Source: Zygnema circumcarinatum SAG 698-1b (Eukaryota > Plantae > Zygnematophyceae). From it: a DNA stretch of 64,000 bases. The notes below the pieces were generated by a model, which ran no database searches, was not told where the DNA came from, and saw nothing but the letters and a program-made list of their open reading frames with translations. This document shows positions 62,840 to 64,000 of the stretch, piece after piece. The position numbers and the translations under genes are program-made. Location of the stretch: NCBI GenBank assembly GCA_037447605.1, contig CM074811.1, forward strand, positions 2,170,001 through 2,234,000, in the 5' to 3' direction. The stretch's first letter is position 1, and every line of letters begins with the position of its first letter.

Positions 62840-64000
62840 AACGAGGTATGAAGAAAGAAAGAGGGAGAGAAAGAGAGGGAGGAGGAGAGAGAGAGGCTAT
62901 TGTAGATATTCATCGGAGAGCGGGGGAAGTGAGAGGGTCGCTGCTTACAGCGGGAAATTTTGACAGTGGGTGGAACGTGGTTTTAACCAATCCTGAAGGC
63001 CGTCACAAAAAGGTGCCGAAAGGGGTGTCTCGGTAAATAGGGTTTTTTCCTTATCATCATAAATGGCATAATAATAGCTCCAAAAGTAGCTGTAAGTGAC
63101 GCCCATACATATCGGTGAATCTTGTACGTGACTGGCTGAGGGGTGGATGTACAGTTCAATGCTGGCAGCCGAAACCTAAATACTTTTGAGAGGCATATCT
63201 GAAAGGATTGTGTATACTGGGGGGGGGCTCGAAGTAGCGTTGGGAGGGAGAGATTCAGGTTAGATATGCAGACTCTGCTTCCATTCGACTCGACAGGCTC
63301 ACAAAAGTTCGTGAGTCTTAGTGATGAGGCGGAGAAAGTATATATTCTCTTCAAATTGGTTAGGACTATATAGAACGCATTAGCAAGTTTATTTCTTGGT
63401 AGGAATTTTAGAACACTGCAGTGACTGGTTTTCTCTCTCCTTTCCGGTTCCCTTTTGCCGGGGAAGTGGGAGCTGGGGATCGGCTGTGGGTAGTTACGAA
63501 GGCTGGCTGCTCTCTTGCCTTTGAAGGAGGGAGGAGGTTGAGACAGCGCTTCATGTGATGGCTCCTCATGCCACCATGGATAGTACATGTCACAAGTAAG
63601 GTAGCCGTGACATGAAGCAGCAGAACTACTCTTTCTTTTTTCAAAGAAATGTTTTTGCAATTCTCAGTGTGTGGTGGATATGGTGCCTGGACTGCTTGTA
63701 CTGTAAGAGCTGGAAAGAGAGAAAAAGAGGAAGAAACAGACTGAGAGAGACTATTGGGAGTGGGTAATGGATGTGAAGTTTGGTGCTTGTGCTGCATGAG
63801 AGCCTCTGTTTGCAGTCCGCTAAAGAGGTCGCATTGTCCGCATACATCCAAGAATGAAGATTCGACCTGAGGCGGAGGGCCCCCTGTCTTGTCTTTCAAT
63901 TAGGGCTGGACAGAGAGACAGACGCACACCGCAGACATTATTCATGGGTCGTGCGCACACCGAAGCCGGAGCATCCAGGCAGGCCCTGGCGCTGGGCGTA

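Noticed and set aside
62900-64000. Minus-strand ORFs of 225 and 163 aa at the right edge
   Set aside because: Compositionally UTR- or intron-like with no recognisable domain. They may belong to the 3' end of a gene outside the window.

Overview
Intron-rich nuclear DNA from the green-plant lineage, with GC-rich exons, CT/GA microsatellites, telo-boxes and plant-type orthologs. A streptophyte alga or early-diverging plant is plausible, but the species cannot be fixed from the sequence. Intact spliced genes, left to right: AVT1-type amino-acid transporter (-, runs off the left edge), MED13 (+), a secreted type-B carboxylesterase (+), aspartyl aminopeptidase (-), uridine kinase/UPRT-like (+), tryptophan synthase alpha (+), GT92/GALS-like galactosyltransferase (+) and a GATA factor with a C-terminal LLM-like motif (+). 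Accessory DNA: a decayed Myb/SANT-like gene, an orphan RDR C-terminal fragment, an internally deleted carboxylesterase paralog hit by a Ty3/gypsy element, a hAT-like MITE, and three related long-TIR Mutator-like elements, each with an 8-bp TSD. One of the Mutator-like elements contains a perfect 1.76-kb (TCTCCC)n tract and another retains a transposase remnant. Two 1.3-1.6 kb duplications sit exactly at N-gaps and are probably assembly artefacts. No tRNA, rRNA or CRISPR array was seen, and I cannot demonstrate a wholly new biological system. The best leads are the Mutator-like family with its G4-capable satellite, the atypical cholinesterase-fold esterase, the LLM-GATA with its G-box-dense promoter, the GTAC-laden MITE and the RDR fragment. 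Gene identities rest on my recall of conserved motifs, not on database searches.
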